Part shown: positions 41,459 through 50,619 of the stretch, one piece after another | How the letters are laid out: each line of letters opens with the position of its first letter | Numbering within the stretch: position 1 is the first letter of the stretch | NCBI GenBank assembly: GCA_963834795.1 | Contig: CAWIDL010000021.1 | Coordinates: 29,938-93,937 of the forward strand | Source: an uncultured delta proteobacterium | GTDB lineage: Bacteria; Desulfobacterota; Desulfobaccia; Desulfobaccales; 0-14-0-80-60-11 | Length of the DNA stretch: 64,000 bases | Reading direction: 5' to 3' | Notes under the pieces: model-generated | Seen by the model: the letters and a program-made list of their open reading frames with translations, nothing else | Told to the model about the DNA's origin: nothing | Database searches by the model: none | Made by a program: the position numbers and the translations under genes

Positions 41459-41832
41459 TGAGGATTTTGATTGACATGAATTTGCCGCCCCGGTGGGTGG
41501 AGATATTTGCCAAAGCGGGCTGGGAGGCGCTTCACTGGTCCCAGGTGGGCGCGCCTACTGCCAGTGACCAGAAGATCATGGCATGGGCCAGGGATAACGG
41601 CTATGTAGTCTTTACCCATGACCTCGATTTCTCAGCCCTGCTGGCGGCTACCCAAGGAGAAGGCCCGAGTGTAATCCAGGTTCGCACACAAAATATTCTC
41701 CCGGAAGCCATTGGGAACCTGGTTATCGCTTCCCTGAAACGATTCCGCAGCGAACTGGAAAAAGGTGCCATAATAACGCTTGATCCCGGCCGAGCGAGGG
41801 TTCGCATCTTACCTTTTAAGCCAATAAGTTGA
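41458..41832 (+). CDS. DUF5615 PIN-like toxin (VapC45-like)
   Basis: ILIDMNL, A.H, D..I..WA, T.DLDF; TAATG coupling to DUF433. Confidence 0.9.
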   Translation: MRILIDMNLPPRWVEIFAKAGWEALHWSQVGAPTASDQKIMAWARDNGYVVFTHDLDFSALLAATQGEGPSVIQVRTQNILPEAIGNLVIASLKRFRSELEKGAIITLDPGRARVRILPFKPIS

Positions 41833-41839
41833 CAATATT

Positions 41840-42565
41840 ATGAAAGATGATGAAGTTGTAGAGGCTTTTATTGCGTATCTTGGTGATAATGGATACCCGG
41901 GTCTTCGCATTGATCGCCGACCTGACACAGAAAATCCCCAGTCAAAAGACATTGACGCGATTGCCGGACAATTCGCTATCGAACACACCTTTATTTCCAC
42001 CTTTCAAAAACAAAAAACCCAAGATGATTGGTTCAGGCAGGCCATGTCTGGCCTTGAGCAAGAATTACCTGCTCCTCCATATGAGTTGAACATTAGTTCA
42101 GGTTTTTATGACATTCAAAAAGGGCAGGATTGGCAGTCGATTCGAAACGCGTTTAAGACTTGGATCACTAAAGAATCCGATCAATTAGCCGATGGTGAAT
42201 ACACTTTAGACAACGTTCCAGGTATTCCATTTCAATTTAGAGTAGAAAAGTTGAGTAATGCTACCCCAGGTATCTTTTTTATACGTCGCGTGCCTGGAAA
42301 TAATGATTCGCTCCCGTTAAGAATCCGTGAGCACTTGACCTCCAAAGAAAAAATAGAAAAACTTATTCCTTATAAAAGGCGTGGATTAACCACTATCCTT
42401 CTGATTGAAGGTCTTTTGAGCCCCAATAAAATGCGTGCTGCAATCCTGGGGGCGTTTCCCGATGGTCTTCACCCCCATCTCGATGAGGTTTGGTATGTCT
42501 CGACTTGGGGAAACGAGGCCGATAACTTCACCAAACTCCGGAAATGGGTTGGGAACAAGAAATGA
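41840..42565 (+). CDS. Hypothetical island cargo protein (possible PD-(D/E)xK-like fold)
   Basis: AT-rich ORF; RPD....DIDA....AIEHT acidic motif. Confidence 0.65.
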   Translation: MKDDEVVEAFIAYLGDNGYPGLRIDRRPDTENPQSKDIDAIAGQFAIEHTFISTFQKQKTQDDWFRQAMSGLEQELPAPPYELNISSGFYDIQKGQDWQSIRNAFKTWITKESDQLADGEYTLDNVPGIPFQFRVEKLSNATPGIFFIRRVPGNNDSLPLRIREHLTSKEKIEKLIPYKRRGLTTILLIEGLLSPNKMRAAILGAFPDGLHPHLDEVWYVSTWGNEADNFTKLRKWVGNKK

Positions 42566-42595
42566 CGGTTGATTGACCCGAAATATATGAGCAAT

Positions 42596-42630
42596 TTAAA
42601 AAACCCCTTGAATTATCAAGGGGTTTTAAT
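42596..42630 (-). terminator. Hairpin terminator downstream of tRNA-Asn
   Basis: AAAACCCCTTGA-ATTA-TCAAGGGGTTTT inverted repeat flanked by A/T runs. Confidence 0.75.
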
Positions 42631-42635
42631 TTTTC

Positions 42636-42711
42636 TGGCTCCCCGGGACGGACTCGAACCGCCGACCAAGTGGTTAACAGCCACCCGCTCTACCAGCTGA
42701 GCTACCGGGGA
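42636..42711 (-). tRNA. tRNA-Asn (GTT)
   Basis: TCCCCGG..TAGCTCAG, anticodon loop CTGTTAA, GGTTCGAGTCC, CCA end. Confidence 0.97.
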
Positions 42712-42725
42712 GTGATGTCTGCTGC

Positions 42726-42799
42726 TGGCTGGGGGACCAGGATTCGAACCTGGATAGGCAGATCCAGAGTCTGCAGTCCTGCCGTTAGACGATCCCCCA
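42726..42799 (-). tRNA. tRNA-Gln (CTG)
   Basis: TGGGGGA.., anticodon arm GCAGA-CTCTGGA-TCTGC, GGTTCGAATCC, CCA end. Confidence 0.96.
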
Positions 42800-42816
42800 G
42801 TGGATGAGTCCCATTT

Positions 42817-42845
42817 TTTATATGAAGTTGGCGGGGGTTTGTCAA
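42817..42845 (-). promoter_or_regulatory. Sigma70 promoter of the tRNA pair
   Basis: TTGACA-N17-TATAAA on the minus strand. Confidence 0.8.
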
Positions 42846-43024
42846 GAAGCCCATCCGCATCCGGATTATCCCTAGCTCGGTTTAGCCTGGCGGTTTCCAT
42901 CCCAAGGCAGTTGCAGTCAGGGCGGCAGCCTGCCAGGATCGCGGCTTACCCGGAAAAAAAACGGAATGGCCAACCATCTTCAACCGGGCGCTGTTTCCGA
43001 TAGATGCAGGGTCTGAGGGCCATG

Positions 43025-44002
43025 CTAATCCAACCCCCCTGTTGCCTGGCAGGGGACGCAAGCCTGCTGCCATCGGCGCTTCACCCTGAGCAGGGCTCGC
43101 AGGCGCGTATCCTGCGCGCGGAGGTCTTCCGGCTGCTCCAGGCGTCGGGCGATCTCCTCTTCGATCTCACAGGCGGCCTCACACTTTACTGCGACGAGGA
43201 TGTCCTCGATATCTTTCCGCAGGCGCCATGAGTTCGAAGACAGACACCCGATCACCCGGTGTGCCATCAGCCTTCGGTCCTCTCCCGAAGCGAACCTTAT
43301 CCCCAGCTTCGAAGCTTCTATGACGAGCACCGCATCCGGCTCATAGAGCAGACCGCGCAAGGTTTGCCAATGGGCCGCGGAAATTTCAATACCGGCCAAA
43401 AGTTGGACCGCACTCCGTCGGCGTTTCATACTGCCCGGAGTCTCCATGGTCGAACTTGGACTGGGAGTCACTACTGAACGCGACAAGGCCTCGCAAGCCA
43501 TGGGGCCCAGCTTCAGGAAAGCATTTTCTGCCGCGGATCGGTAAAAGTCGTCCTCAAGGGCGCGCTCGAAATAAGGGATGGCCTCCAAGGCCTTGAATTC
43601 CGCCAGGGCATCAATCAGGCCATTGAGCAGGCCATGTTCTGAGAGCTTCAGGAGTAATTGGTATATATCTTCATCCCGCCAGGCCGCGAGGAACCGGGCG
43701 GCGGCGCTTTCCACCGCCTCTTCGCCAAAGCGCTCCTCCGGGTCGGCAATTTCTTTTTCCCGGAACAGGTAGGCGATCAGAACCTCCCTGGCCCCCAGGC
43801 GGGCCAGTGCCTTCACCGCCCCCAGGCGGGGCTGGAATACCTTGCTGGGCTTGCCTTCCAGCAGAAAATCGCTTAATGGCCCAATAGCTACCGGACCCAA
43901 TCCCACCAGGAATTCAACCGCTTCCTCTCCGCTACATAAAGATTCCAACTTGCGGATGAGGCGGTGAACCTCGTCGAGCGGAGTTGCCATACCTTCTTCC
44001 AT
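43025..44002 (-). CDS. HEAT/PBS-repeat-like helical protein
   Basis: Repeated A...L..LG..A..L helical units; follows eno on the same strand. Confidence 0.7.
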   Translation of the reverse strand: MEEGMATPLDEVHRLIRKLESLCSGEEAVEFLVGLGPVAIGPLSDFLLEGKPSKVFQPRLGAVKALARLGAREVLIAYLFREKEIADPEERFGEEAVESAAARFLAAWRDEDIYQLLLKLSEHGLLNGLIDALAEFKALEAIPYFERALEDDFYRSAAENAFLKLGPMACEALSRSVVTPSPSSTMETPGSMKRRRSAVQLLAGIEISAAHWQTLRGLLYEPDAVLVIEASKLGIRFASGEDRRLMAHRVIGCLSSNSWRLRKDIEDILVAVKCEAACEIEEEIARRLEQPEDLRAQDTRLRALLRVKRRWQQACVPCQATGGLD

Positions 44003-44085
44003 ATCAGCCGTGTATCGCTTTTGGCCACTGCCGGGAAGTGAGGTATTAGCCCGGAAATAAAGATTGCCAAGCTAAATCTCTTTCA

Positions 44086-45366
44086 TCAACTCTTCTGCAA
44101 TGGGTTGGCAAAAATGGCCGCGCCTCCCAGTTCCACCTCAATCTCCAGCAGCCGGTTATACTTGGCGATGCGCTCGCTGCGGCACACCGAACCGGTCTTG
44201 AGTTGGCCCCCGCCCATGGCTACGGCGAAGTCGGCGATAAAGGGGTCTTCCGTCTCCCCGGATCGATGGGAAATAACGAAGCCCCAGCCTGCCTGCCGGC
44301 ATAGATGGATGGCCTCCATGGTCTCGGTGACGGTGCCGATCTGGTTGAGCTTGATGAGTACGGCGTTGGTGGATTTTTCGGCGATCCCCCGGGCGATGAA
44401 CCGAGTGTTGGTCACGTAGTTGTCATCCCCCACGATTTGGATCCGATCCCCGAGAGCCGCGGTAAGCTCTTTGAACCCCTGCCAGTCATTTTCCGCCAGG
44501 CCGTCTTCGATGGAAACGATGGGGTATTTTCCAACCCAGACTTCATAAAGGTTAACCATCTCGGCGCTGATCTTCTGTCCCTGCTTGGATTTGCTGAGGT
44601 TATAGACCCCTTCCTCGTAGAAGGAACTGGCCGCGGGGTCCAGGGCGATGGCCAGGTCCTTGCCCGGCTGGTATCCCGCGGCGGAGATACCCTCCAGAAT
44701 CACCTCGCAAGCTTCCTCATTGCTCTGGAGATCAGGGGCGAACCCGCCTTCGTCGCCCACGTTGGTGGCATAGCCCTTTTTCTTGAGAATGGCCTTCAAG
44801 CTATGAAAGGTCTCGGAGCAGTACCGCAGAGCTTCAGTGAAAGTTGGAGCCCCGATGGGCACAATCATAAATTCCTGGAAGTCGATGCTGTTGTCGGCGT
44901 GCTTGCCGCCGTTGATCACGTTCATCTGGGGCATGGGTAAGCGTCCGGCTCCAGGGCCTCCCAGATATTGATAGAGTGGCAACCGGGCGGAGATAGCCGC
45001 GGCCCGGGCCACCGCCATGGACACCCCCAAGATGGCATTGGCCCCCAGGTTGCCTTTATTGGGGGTGCCGTCCAGGTCGATCATGAGGCGGTCGATTTCA
45101 CCCTGGCGAACGGGGTCATGGCCGACGAGATGAGAAGCGATGACCGTGTTGACGTTGTCCACGGCTTGCAGCACGCCCTTGCCGCCATAGCGTTTCTTGT
45201 CCCCATCCCGCAACTCCACGGCTTCGTTCTCGCCGGTGGAGGCGCCGGATGGCACAGACGCGGTGGCAGTGATCCCGCGGTCCAGGGTTACATAAGCCCG
45301 CAGTGTCGGGTTGCCCCGGGAATCCAGGATTTCCAGGGCCCGGACGGACACGATTTTATCACTCAT
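44086..45366 (-). CDS. eno: Enolase
   Basis: [51 protein letters not shown]. Confidence 0.98.
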   Translation of the reverse strand: MSDKIVSVRALEILDSRGNPTLRAYVTLDRGITATASVPSGASTGENEAVELRDGDKKRYGGKGVLQAVDNVNTVIASHLVGHDPVRQGEIDRLMIDLDGTPNKGNLGANAILGVSMAVARAAAISARLPLYQYLGGPGAGRLPMPQMNVINGGKHADNSIDFQEFMIVPIGAPTFTEALRYCSETFHSLKAILKKKGYATNVGDEGGFAPDLQSNEEACEVILEGISAAGYQPGKDLAIALDPAASSFYEEGVYNLSKSKQGQKISAEMVNLYEVWVGKYPIVSIEDGLAENDWQGFKELTAALGDRIQIVGDDNYVTNTRFIARGIAEKSTNAVLIKLNQIGTVTETMEAIHLCRQAGWGFVISHRSGETEDPFIADFAVAMGGGQLKTGSVCRSERIAKYNRLLEIEVELGGAAIFANPLQKS

Positions 45367-45529
45367 GCTTGCTCCTTTCTTTGTTCAGAGGATAGGCGGA
45401 CGCGGGTCCGCCCGGCAGTAGAACCTCACGTTTGCTCTCAAACCTCCTTTAACTGGGATGGGCGCTTCCATCCGCATAACTCAAGATAAGTCCACCTTTT
45501 TGATTCCGCCAGGAGCGAAATGCAGGCAG

Positions 45530-45733
45530 TTAAAGAATGTCGGGCGGGACAAACTCCTTGCCGCCGATGGCGGCCCTGTCTTCGGGCTCTTCCACCTTGG
45601 CCTCATCCCGCACCCTTTTGGCGATGCGGCGCCGGGTAATGGCTTCGGTTTCAGCGGCCTTGAAGCCCTGGGTGGCGTCCTGGGTAGCTATTTCATGGGG
45701 AATAGCTGACCCCGGGTCCAAGTCCGGGATCAT
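45530..45733 (-). CDS. Small hypothetical ORF or gene remnant
   Basis: Coding-like composition between two same-strand genes; frame stays open upstream of the ATG; no recognisable motif. Confidence 0.35.
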   Translation of the reverse strand: MIPDLDPGSAIPHEIATQDATQGFKAAETEAITRRRIAKRVRDEAKVEEPEDRAAIGGKEFVPPDIL

Positions 45734-45782
45734 TGCCTTGAGCTTTTGAAAGACGCCCCCCCAGTCGGATTCAGCCCCGGAA

Positions 45783-46229
45783 TCAGCCTGAAGAGCCTGC
45801 TTTGGTCAGTAAGGCCTTGAGGTGATCTAAATATTGGAGGATTCGATAGGCCTTGGGGTCCAGGTAATTAACCAATTCCGGCGCTGGTTCGCCAAAACCT
45901 CTTAGATATTTGCCGGTCATTTCCATGACGTCCACCCAGAGAATATAACAGTGCCCCTGTATGGTTTTGGTTATGTCCTGAGAACTTTCCTTAAGGTGCA
46001 GATCATCTTTTAGTTCCTGGATGATGCCACGGATGGCGGCAATATCGGCTAGTAATAAGGCACGCCTTTCGGGATCAAGGTTATTGGTTTCATGGTAAAG
46101 GATGGAGTGCACTTCCCGCCCCTGGGCCCACTCCTCGAATTTAACCAGGGCCTCATCGAGAAGGGTGAGCGTTATCCTGATTCTGCTGTGGTGTGCCTCA
46201 CTAAGGTTTGGAATAGATCCTACCGGCAT
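45783..46229 (-). CDS. Hypothetical helical protein, first gene under the left fluoride riboswitch
   Basis: L.E.H..RI..TL..LD, YLRGFGE motif; start set at MPVG (46229). Confidence 0.75.
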   Translation of the reverse strand: MPVGSIPNLSEAHHSRIRITLTLLDEALVKFEEWAQGREVHSILYHETNNLDPERRALLLADIAAIRGIIQELKDDLHLKESSQDITKTIQGHCYILWVDVMEMTGKYLRGFGEPAPELVNYLDPKAYRILQYLDHLKALLTKAGSSG

Positions 46230-46449
46230 TATGCAGACATCCTTGCAGCCCTTTGCATCATTGCGGGGCCTCATAACTTAAATCATCCGCTGAATTAACA
46301 CTGTAAGATTATATTTAATGTAATTCAAGTCATCGTGGTCATGGCTTTTTCGCCTCTTATCAAAGGCATTCTCACCCGTTTAAAGGACAGTGCGGCGTGC
46401 CAGACTTGTCCACTATGGTCCTCCCGAAACCGGTGCAGCCGCAGCCCAT

Positions 46450-46490
46450 AAAAAAAAGCTCCTGATCTCACCAAAGGTGAAATCAGGAGC
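46450..46490 (-). terminator. Intrinsic terminator of the left fluoride riboswitch
   Basis: GCTCCTGAT-TTCACC-TTT-GGTGAG-ATCAGGAGC then T8 on the minus strand; overlaps the aptamer 3' strand. Confidence 0.88.
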
Positions 46491-46547
46491 CATCAGTGTC
46501 ATCACATTTCGGGCAGATTATCCTCGCCCCGGCGGACTCCATCGCCC
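46484..46547 (-). ncRNA. Fluoride (crcB) riboswitch, left copy
   Basis: GGCGATGGAGTCCGCC...CTGATGGCTCCTG: P1 plus GGAGU/GCUCC pseudoknot, matching the crcB consensus. Confidence 0.88.
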
Positions 46548-46552
46548 TGGAT

Positions 46553-46581
46553 AACTTAACCCCGGTCCCCGGCTTGGTCAA
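46553..46581 (-). promoter_or_regulatory. Sigma70 promoter for the left riboswitch
   Basis: TTGACC-N17-TAAGTT, 5 nt upstream of the aptamer. Confidence 0.7.
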
Positions 46582-46620
46582 GGAAAATGTGCCATAATTC
46601 ACAAATCCTCTCTTTTAAAG

Positions 46621-46650
46621 TTGACATCAAGGCTCTTTTGGAGAAATAAT
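46621..46650 (+). promoter_or_regulatory. Sigma70 promoter for the right riboswitch
   Basis: TTGACA-N18-AATAAT. Confidence 0.65.
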
Positions 46651-46661
46651 TTAAGCTACGA

Positions 46662-46717
46662 GGGCGATGAAGTCCGCCTTAATTGTTCGCGGTGGCCCGT
46701 GGGCTGATGACTTCTGC
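46662..46717 (+). ncRNA. Fluoride (crcB) riboswitch, right copy
   Basis: GGCGATGAAGTCCGCC-TTAA...GCTGATGACTTCTGC with GAAGUC/GACUUC pseudoknot. Confidence 0.9.
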
Positions 46718-46744
46718 TCATTTTAAGGGGCAGAAGTTTTTTTT
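46710..46744 (+). terminator. Intrinsic terminator of the right fluoride riboswitch
   Basis: ACTTCTGC...GCAGAAGT followed by a T run; sequesters the pseudoknot strand. Confidence 0.88.
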
Positions 46745-46767
46745 GCCCCTCATAACCGGGAGAAGTT

Positions 46768-48522
46768 ATGGGAGTTTACCGGGAACTGAAAGAAGACCTG
46801 GAAGGGGAGCTGCGCCGACTGGCCGCGCTACCTGAAGTGAGGGAGCCGCGCCTGGCGCAGCTGCTGGACAAGTTGCGGGAAAACCGCTTCAATCTGGTGA
46901 TCCTGGGCGCCTTTAAACGGGGGAAAAGCACCCTGATCAACGCCTTGATGGGTGAGGCCGTGCTGCCCACGTCCATCATCCCCCTCACTTCGGTGGTTAC
47001 CATCCTGGGTTACGGCGAACGCCTGGAGATCCTCGTCCATTTTCAAAACGGCCAACGCACCGTTATTACCCAGGGGGAATTGGCGGCTTATATCACCGAG
47101 AAGGGCAATCCCAGGAACCATAAAGGGGTGCGGGAGGTGGAGATCGCCTATCCCTCAGATTATCTCCGGGACGGGGTGCGCATCATCGACACCCCGGGGG
47201 TGGGCTCGGTCTATAGTCACAACTCTGAAGTCGCTTATAATTATCTCCCCCAGGTGGACGCCGCCGTCTTCGTGGTTACCGTGGACCCGCCCCTGTCCGC
47301 CGCTGAAGAGGATTTCTTGAAGGATATCCGGGAATATGCCCACAAGCTATTCTTCGTTCTGAATAAGATCGACTATGTGGCTGAGGCTGAGCGGCAAGAG
47401 GCCCTGGACTTTACCGCGGAGGTCCTGCGCGGCAACCTGGCAGGCCAAAGGCTGATGATCTTTCCGCTCTCCGCCAAGCTGGGCCTGGAAGGCAAGGCCA
47501 ATGGCGGCTCCGCAATGTTGACTGCCAGTCTCCTCCCCCAATTTGAAGATTACCTGCGCCGGTTTCTTTATCAGGAAAAGGGCCGGGTATTGCTGATTTC
47601 CTGTATCAACGGGGCCCTGAAAGCCCTGAATGACTCCACCCTGGCCCTCAAGGTGGAACGCCAGGCCGGCGCCATCCCTCTGAAAGAGCTGGAGGAGAAA
47701 ATCGCCCGCTTCAACCAGGAATTGCAGGGACTGGAGAAGGAACGGGAGATGTCCCTCTTCCTGTTGGATGGGCGAGTCAAAGGGCTATTGGAGGAGTTGA
47801 ACCGCGACCTGGAAGCCTTTAAGCGGGAAACCGACGCCCAGCTGCGCCGGGAAGTGGAGGCCGAGTTCCACCGGAAAAGCCGCCTGGCCCTCGACCTGCG
47901 GAAGGAGATGGAAGGATACCTGTTCGCGGCGTTGCGGGATGTCTTCCTGGATTGGCGGCGCCGCGAAGTTGAGAAACTGGCGCTGTCGCTGGCCGACACC
48001 CAGCAGGAGTTCGCCGCCCGGATTAACGGCATCCTGGAGCGCCTGACGCAATTGACCGCCCGGATCTTTGACTTTTCCCTGCGGGGTTTCGCGGCGGAGG
48101 AAACCTTCACTGAAAAGAGCCACTTCGGGTTCAAATTTAAAGAAGAACCGGTGGGCCTGGAAATCCTGCAAATGACCGTGGCTTCCTTGCTCCCCCGGGC
48201 CCTTACCACGGGCCTGCTGCTCAAAAAGCTTCTGGAAAACGTGGCTGAATTGGTGGATAAGCATTGCGGCCGCCTGCGTTACGATTTCCAGCAGCGACTC
48301 CAGGAATTGACCCGGGATTTTCGGAAAGACTGGCTCTCCAGGATCGATGACACCACCCAAAGCATTCGTCAGGCGCTGGAGCGGGCCAGGGCTCTGAAGC
48401 AGAGCAGCGCCCAGGCGGCGGCGCGGCGGGCCGGAGAAATGGAGCAAAGATTAACCGAAATCTCCCGGGGTGAAGGCACTTTATTGGAATTGAAGGCCCG
48501 GGTTGAAAAGTCCCTACCCTGA
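46768..48522 (+). CDS. Bacterial dynamin-like GTPase
   Basis: G1 GAFKRGKST, G2 P.T, G3 DTPG, G4 NKID, SAK; long helical C-terminal stalk. Confidence 0.92.
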   Translation: MGVYRELKEDLEGELRRLAALPEVREPRLAQLLDKLRENRFNLVILGAFKRGKSTLINALMGEAVLPTSIIPLTSVVTILGYGERLEILVHFQNGQRTVITQGELAAYITEKGNPRNHKGVREVEIAYPSDYLRDGVRIIDTPGVGSVYSHNSEVAYNYLPQVDAAVFVVTVDPPLSAAEEDFLKDIREYAHKLFFVLNKIDYVAEAERQEALDFTAEVLRGNLAGQRLMIFPLSAKLGLEGKANGGSAMLTASLLPQFEDYLRRFLYQEKGRVLLISCINGALKALNDSTLALKVERQAGAIPLKELEEKIARFNQELQGLEKEREMSLFLLDGRVKGLLEELNRDLEAFKRETDAQLRREVEAEFHRKSRLALDLRKEMEGYLFAALRDVFLDWRRREVEKLALSLADTQQEFAARINGILERLTQLTARIFDFSLRGFAAEETFTEKSHFGFKFKEEPVGLEILQMTVASLLPRALTTGLLLKKLLENVAELVDKHCGRLRYDFQQRLQELTRDFRKDWLSRIDDTTQSIRQALERARALKQSSAQAAARRAGEMEQRLTEISRGEGTLLELKARVEKSLP

Positions 48523-48633
48523 GTTTAGGAAAGATTTAACAAGGGCGAAAAGAAGGAAATCCACCCTTGAAACTTAAAAAACCATGCTTATTTTCATGGC
48601 AAGCCCTAAGCATTCTCCCCCTGGAGGTGACCT

Positions 48634-48915
48634 ATGAAAGACTTTGAAGAAATCATCCGGCAGCAGAAGCTCCCCGAAGTAGGGCAGGTGGTGCGCAGCA
48701 GGAAATACGGCACCAAATGGCGCGTCATGGAGAAGAAAGAGGTTTGGCAGAACGTCGACCCCGACCCCAAAACCGGGGAGTCCCGCATGATCCCGGCCGT
48801 CTATCTCAATTTCTGGAGGGTCCAGGAAGGGGTCATGCCGGGGGTGGGCAGGATGATGGGGTTTCTGTACACCCTTTACGACAACACCTTCGAACTCAAC
48901 TGGGAACTCACCTGA
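48634..48915 (+). CDS. Hypothetical protein
   Basis: GGAGGTGA RBS, host-like codon usage. Confidence 0.75.
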   Translation: MKDFEEIIRQQKLPEVGQVVRSRKYGTKWRVMEKKEVWQNVDPDPKTGESRMIPAVYLNFWRVQEGVMPGVGRMMGFLYTLYDNTFELNWELT

Positions 48916-49010
48916 GCGCTCACCTTCCAGAGCGAATCCTTACGGGGCCAATTTTCCAAATTTGGCCCCGTTTTTCATAATTTTTCATATTTTTCATAGG
49001 CGGAGGGAAC

Positions 49011-49646
49011 ATGACCCGGATCATCCTGGTGCGCCACGGCCAGACCCCCTGGAACAAGGATAGGATCTTTCGCGGCTCCCGGGACATCCCCCTGAACGAC
49101 ACCGGCCGGGAAGAAGCCCGGCTGGCGGGGGAATGGCTCAAGGGAGAGGCCATCCAGGCCGCCTACTGCTCCCCCCTGTCCCGGGCCCGGGACACCGGCG
49201 AGGCCATCGCCCGGCACCACGGCCTGCGGGTGGAAGATTTGCCGGGACTGAGCGATCTCTGCTACGGAGATTGGGAAGGCCTGCCCCTGACGGAGGTCAA
49301 GGTGAAATACGCCGACCTCTACCATCGCTGGGAGACCGCCCCCCACACCGTGCGCTTTCCCCAGGGTGAAACCCTGGAAGAGGTGAAGCAACGGGGGCTG
49401 GCCGCGGTGGCCGGGGTGGTGGCCCGCCACCCGGACCAAACCGTCCTGCTGGCAGCCCACCGCGCGGTGAACAAGGTCCTCATCGCCGCCTTCATCGGCC
49501 TGGATAACTCGAACTTCTGGCGCATCGGCCAGGACACCACCGCCATCAACCGCTTCCATTGGACGGGCGGCACCTGGCAGATCGTGTCACTCAACGACAC
49601 CTGCCACCTGCGAGGCCTGAGTCGCGGCGAGTACGTGGATTTTTAG
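49011..49646 (+). CDS. Histidine phosphatase (phosphoglycerate mutase/CobC family)
   Basis: LVRHGQT.WN, SPL.RA..T, G.WEG, LNDT.HL. Confidence 0.93.
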   Translation: MTRIILVRHGQTPWNKDRIFRGSRDIPLNDTGREEARLAGEWLKGEAIQAAYCSPLSRARDTGEAIARHHGLRVEDLPGLSDLCYGDWEGLPLTEVKVKYADLYHRWETAPHTVRFPQGETLEEVKQRGLAAVAGVVARHPDQTVLLAAHRAVNKVLIAAFIGLDNSNFWRIGQDTTAINRFHWTGGTWQIVSLNDTCHLRGLSRGEYVDF

Positions 49647-49997
49647 AGAGAAAGGGAGGATTCCGGGGGGAGGCTCGGGGGACACCGGCAAGACACCGGT
49701 GCTCCTGTCCCAGCCCCTTCCCCAGTCTTCCCTTCCCCGGCGTAAAACCTGCCGATTCCTCCAACTGCCGGAATAATTCAGCCGGACAAGTAGAAAATGA
49801 AAAATTAGGCATTAACTTTTAAGCAAGCTTTTCAGCTGAATTACGAATCGGCGATTTTACCAGAAAATCACGGTTGCCTTAAAAGGAGAATCCACCGGGG
49901 GTGCGTCCCTTCGGGAAAATCACTTGGATGGCGACCGGTTCCAGATGGTTCATCCCCGCCCCGGGACCAGGGGCGCCACCAAGAGAGGCGATCTCTG

Positions 49998-50519
49998 ATG
50001 GAAAGATATAAAGAACGCAAATGGAGTGGAGAAAAAGGCAAGAAGTTCGGTCATGCCGGCCGGGTCAACGACCCCTACGAGCTGGCGGCTGGCCAGCAGG
50101 CGGCGGTGTGCCAGGACTGCCACGGGGTCTACCAGAGCAAGCGCTGGTTCTTTGATGGGAACCTTTACGACAAACTGGCGGGCGCCGGCAAGGTGCGGCA
50201 GGTGGTCTGTCCCACCTGCCGCAAGATCAAGGACCATTACGTGGAAGGCTACCTCACCCTGAGCGGTGAGTTTTGGGTCCAGCACCAGGAGGAGATCGTC
50301 AAGCTGCTGGAAAAGGAAGCCGGCAAGGTGGGGAAGCGCAGCTTCGCTGACCGCATTGTCCAGATGATTCCGGAGGCGGACAGTAAGCTGGTAGTGGAGA
50401 CCACCACCGAGAAGCTGGCCCAACACCTGGGCCGCACCATCTTCAAGGCCTACTCAGGCGACCTGAGCTTCCGCTGGAGTGAACCCAGCCGGTTCGTGCG
50501 GGTTTACTGGACCCGGTAA
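49998..50519 (+). CDS. BCAM0308-family Zn-ribbon protein
   Basis: DPY, CQDC...Y..KRW, CPTCRKI.D, TT.EKLAQHLGR, RV.W.R. Confidence 0.8.
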   Translation: MERYKERKWSGEKGKKFGHAGRVNDPYELAAGQQAAVCQDCHGVYQSKRWFFDGNLYDKLAGAGKVRQVVCPTCRKIKDHYVEGYLTLSGEFWVQHQEEIVKLLEKEAGKVGKRSFADRIVQMIPEADSKLVVETTTEKLAQHLGRTIFKAYSGDLSFRWSEPSRFVRVYWTR

Positions 50520-50619
50520 GGGAAGAAAGTTTACTACTGGGTGGGCGTCCCTGTCAGCCTATGTCTCCCGGGCGCCGTCGCGGCTGCTGACCGCGGCCAG
50601 GCCGGTGGACTAATTTCCG

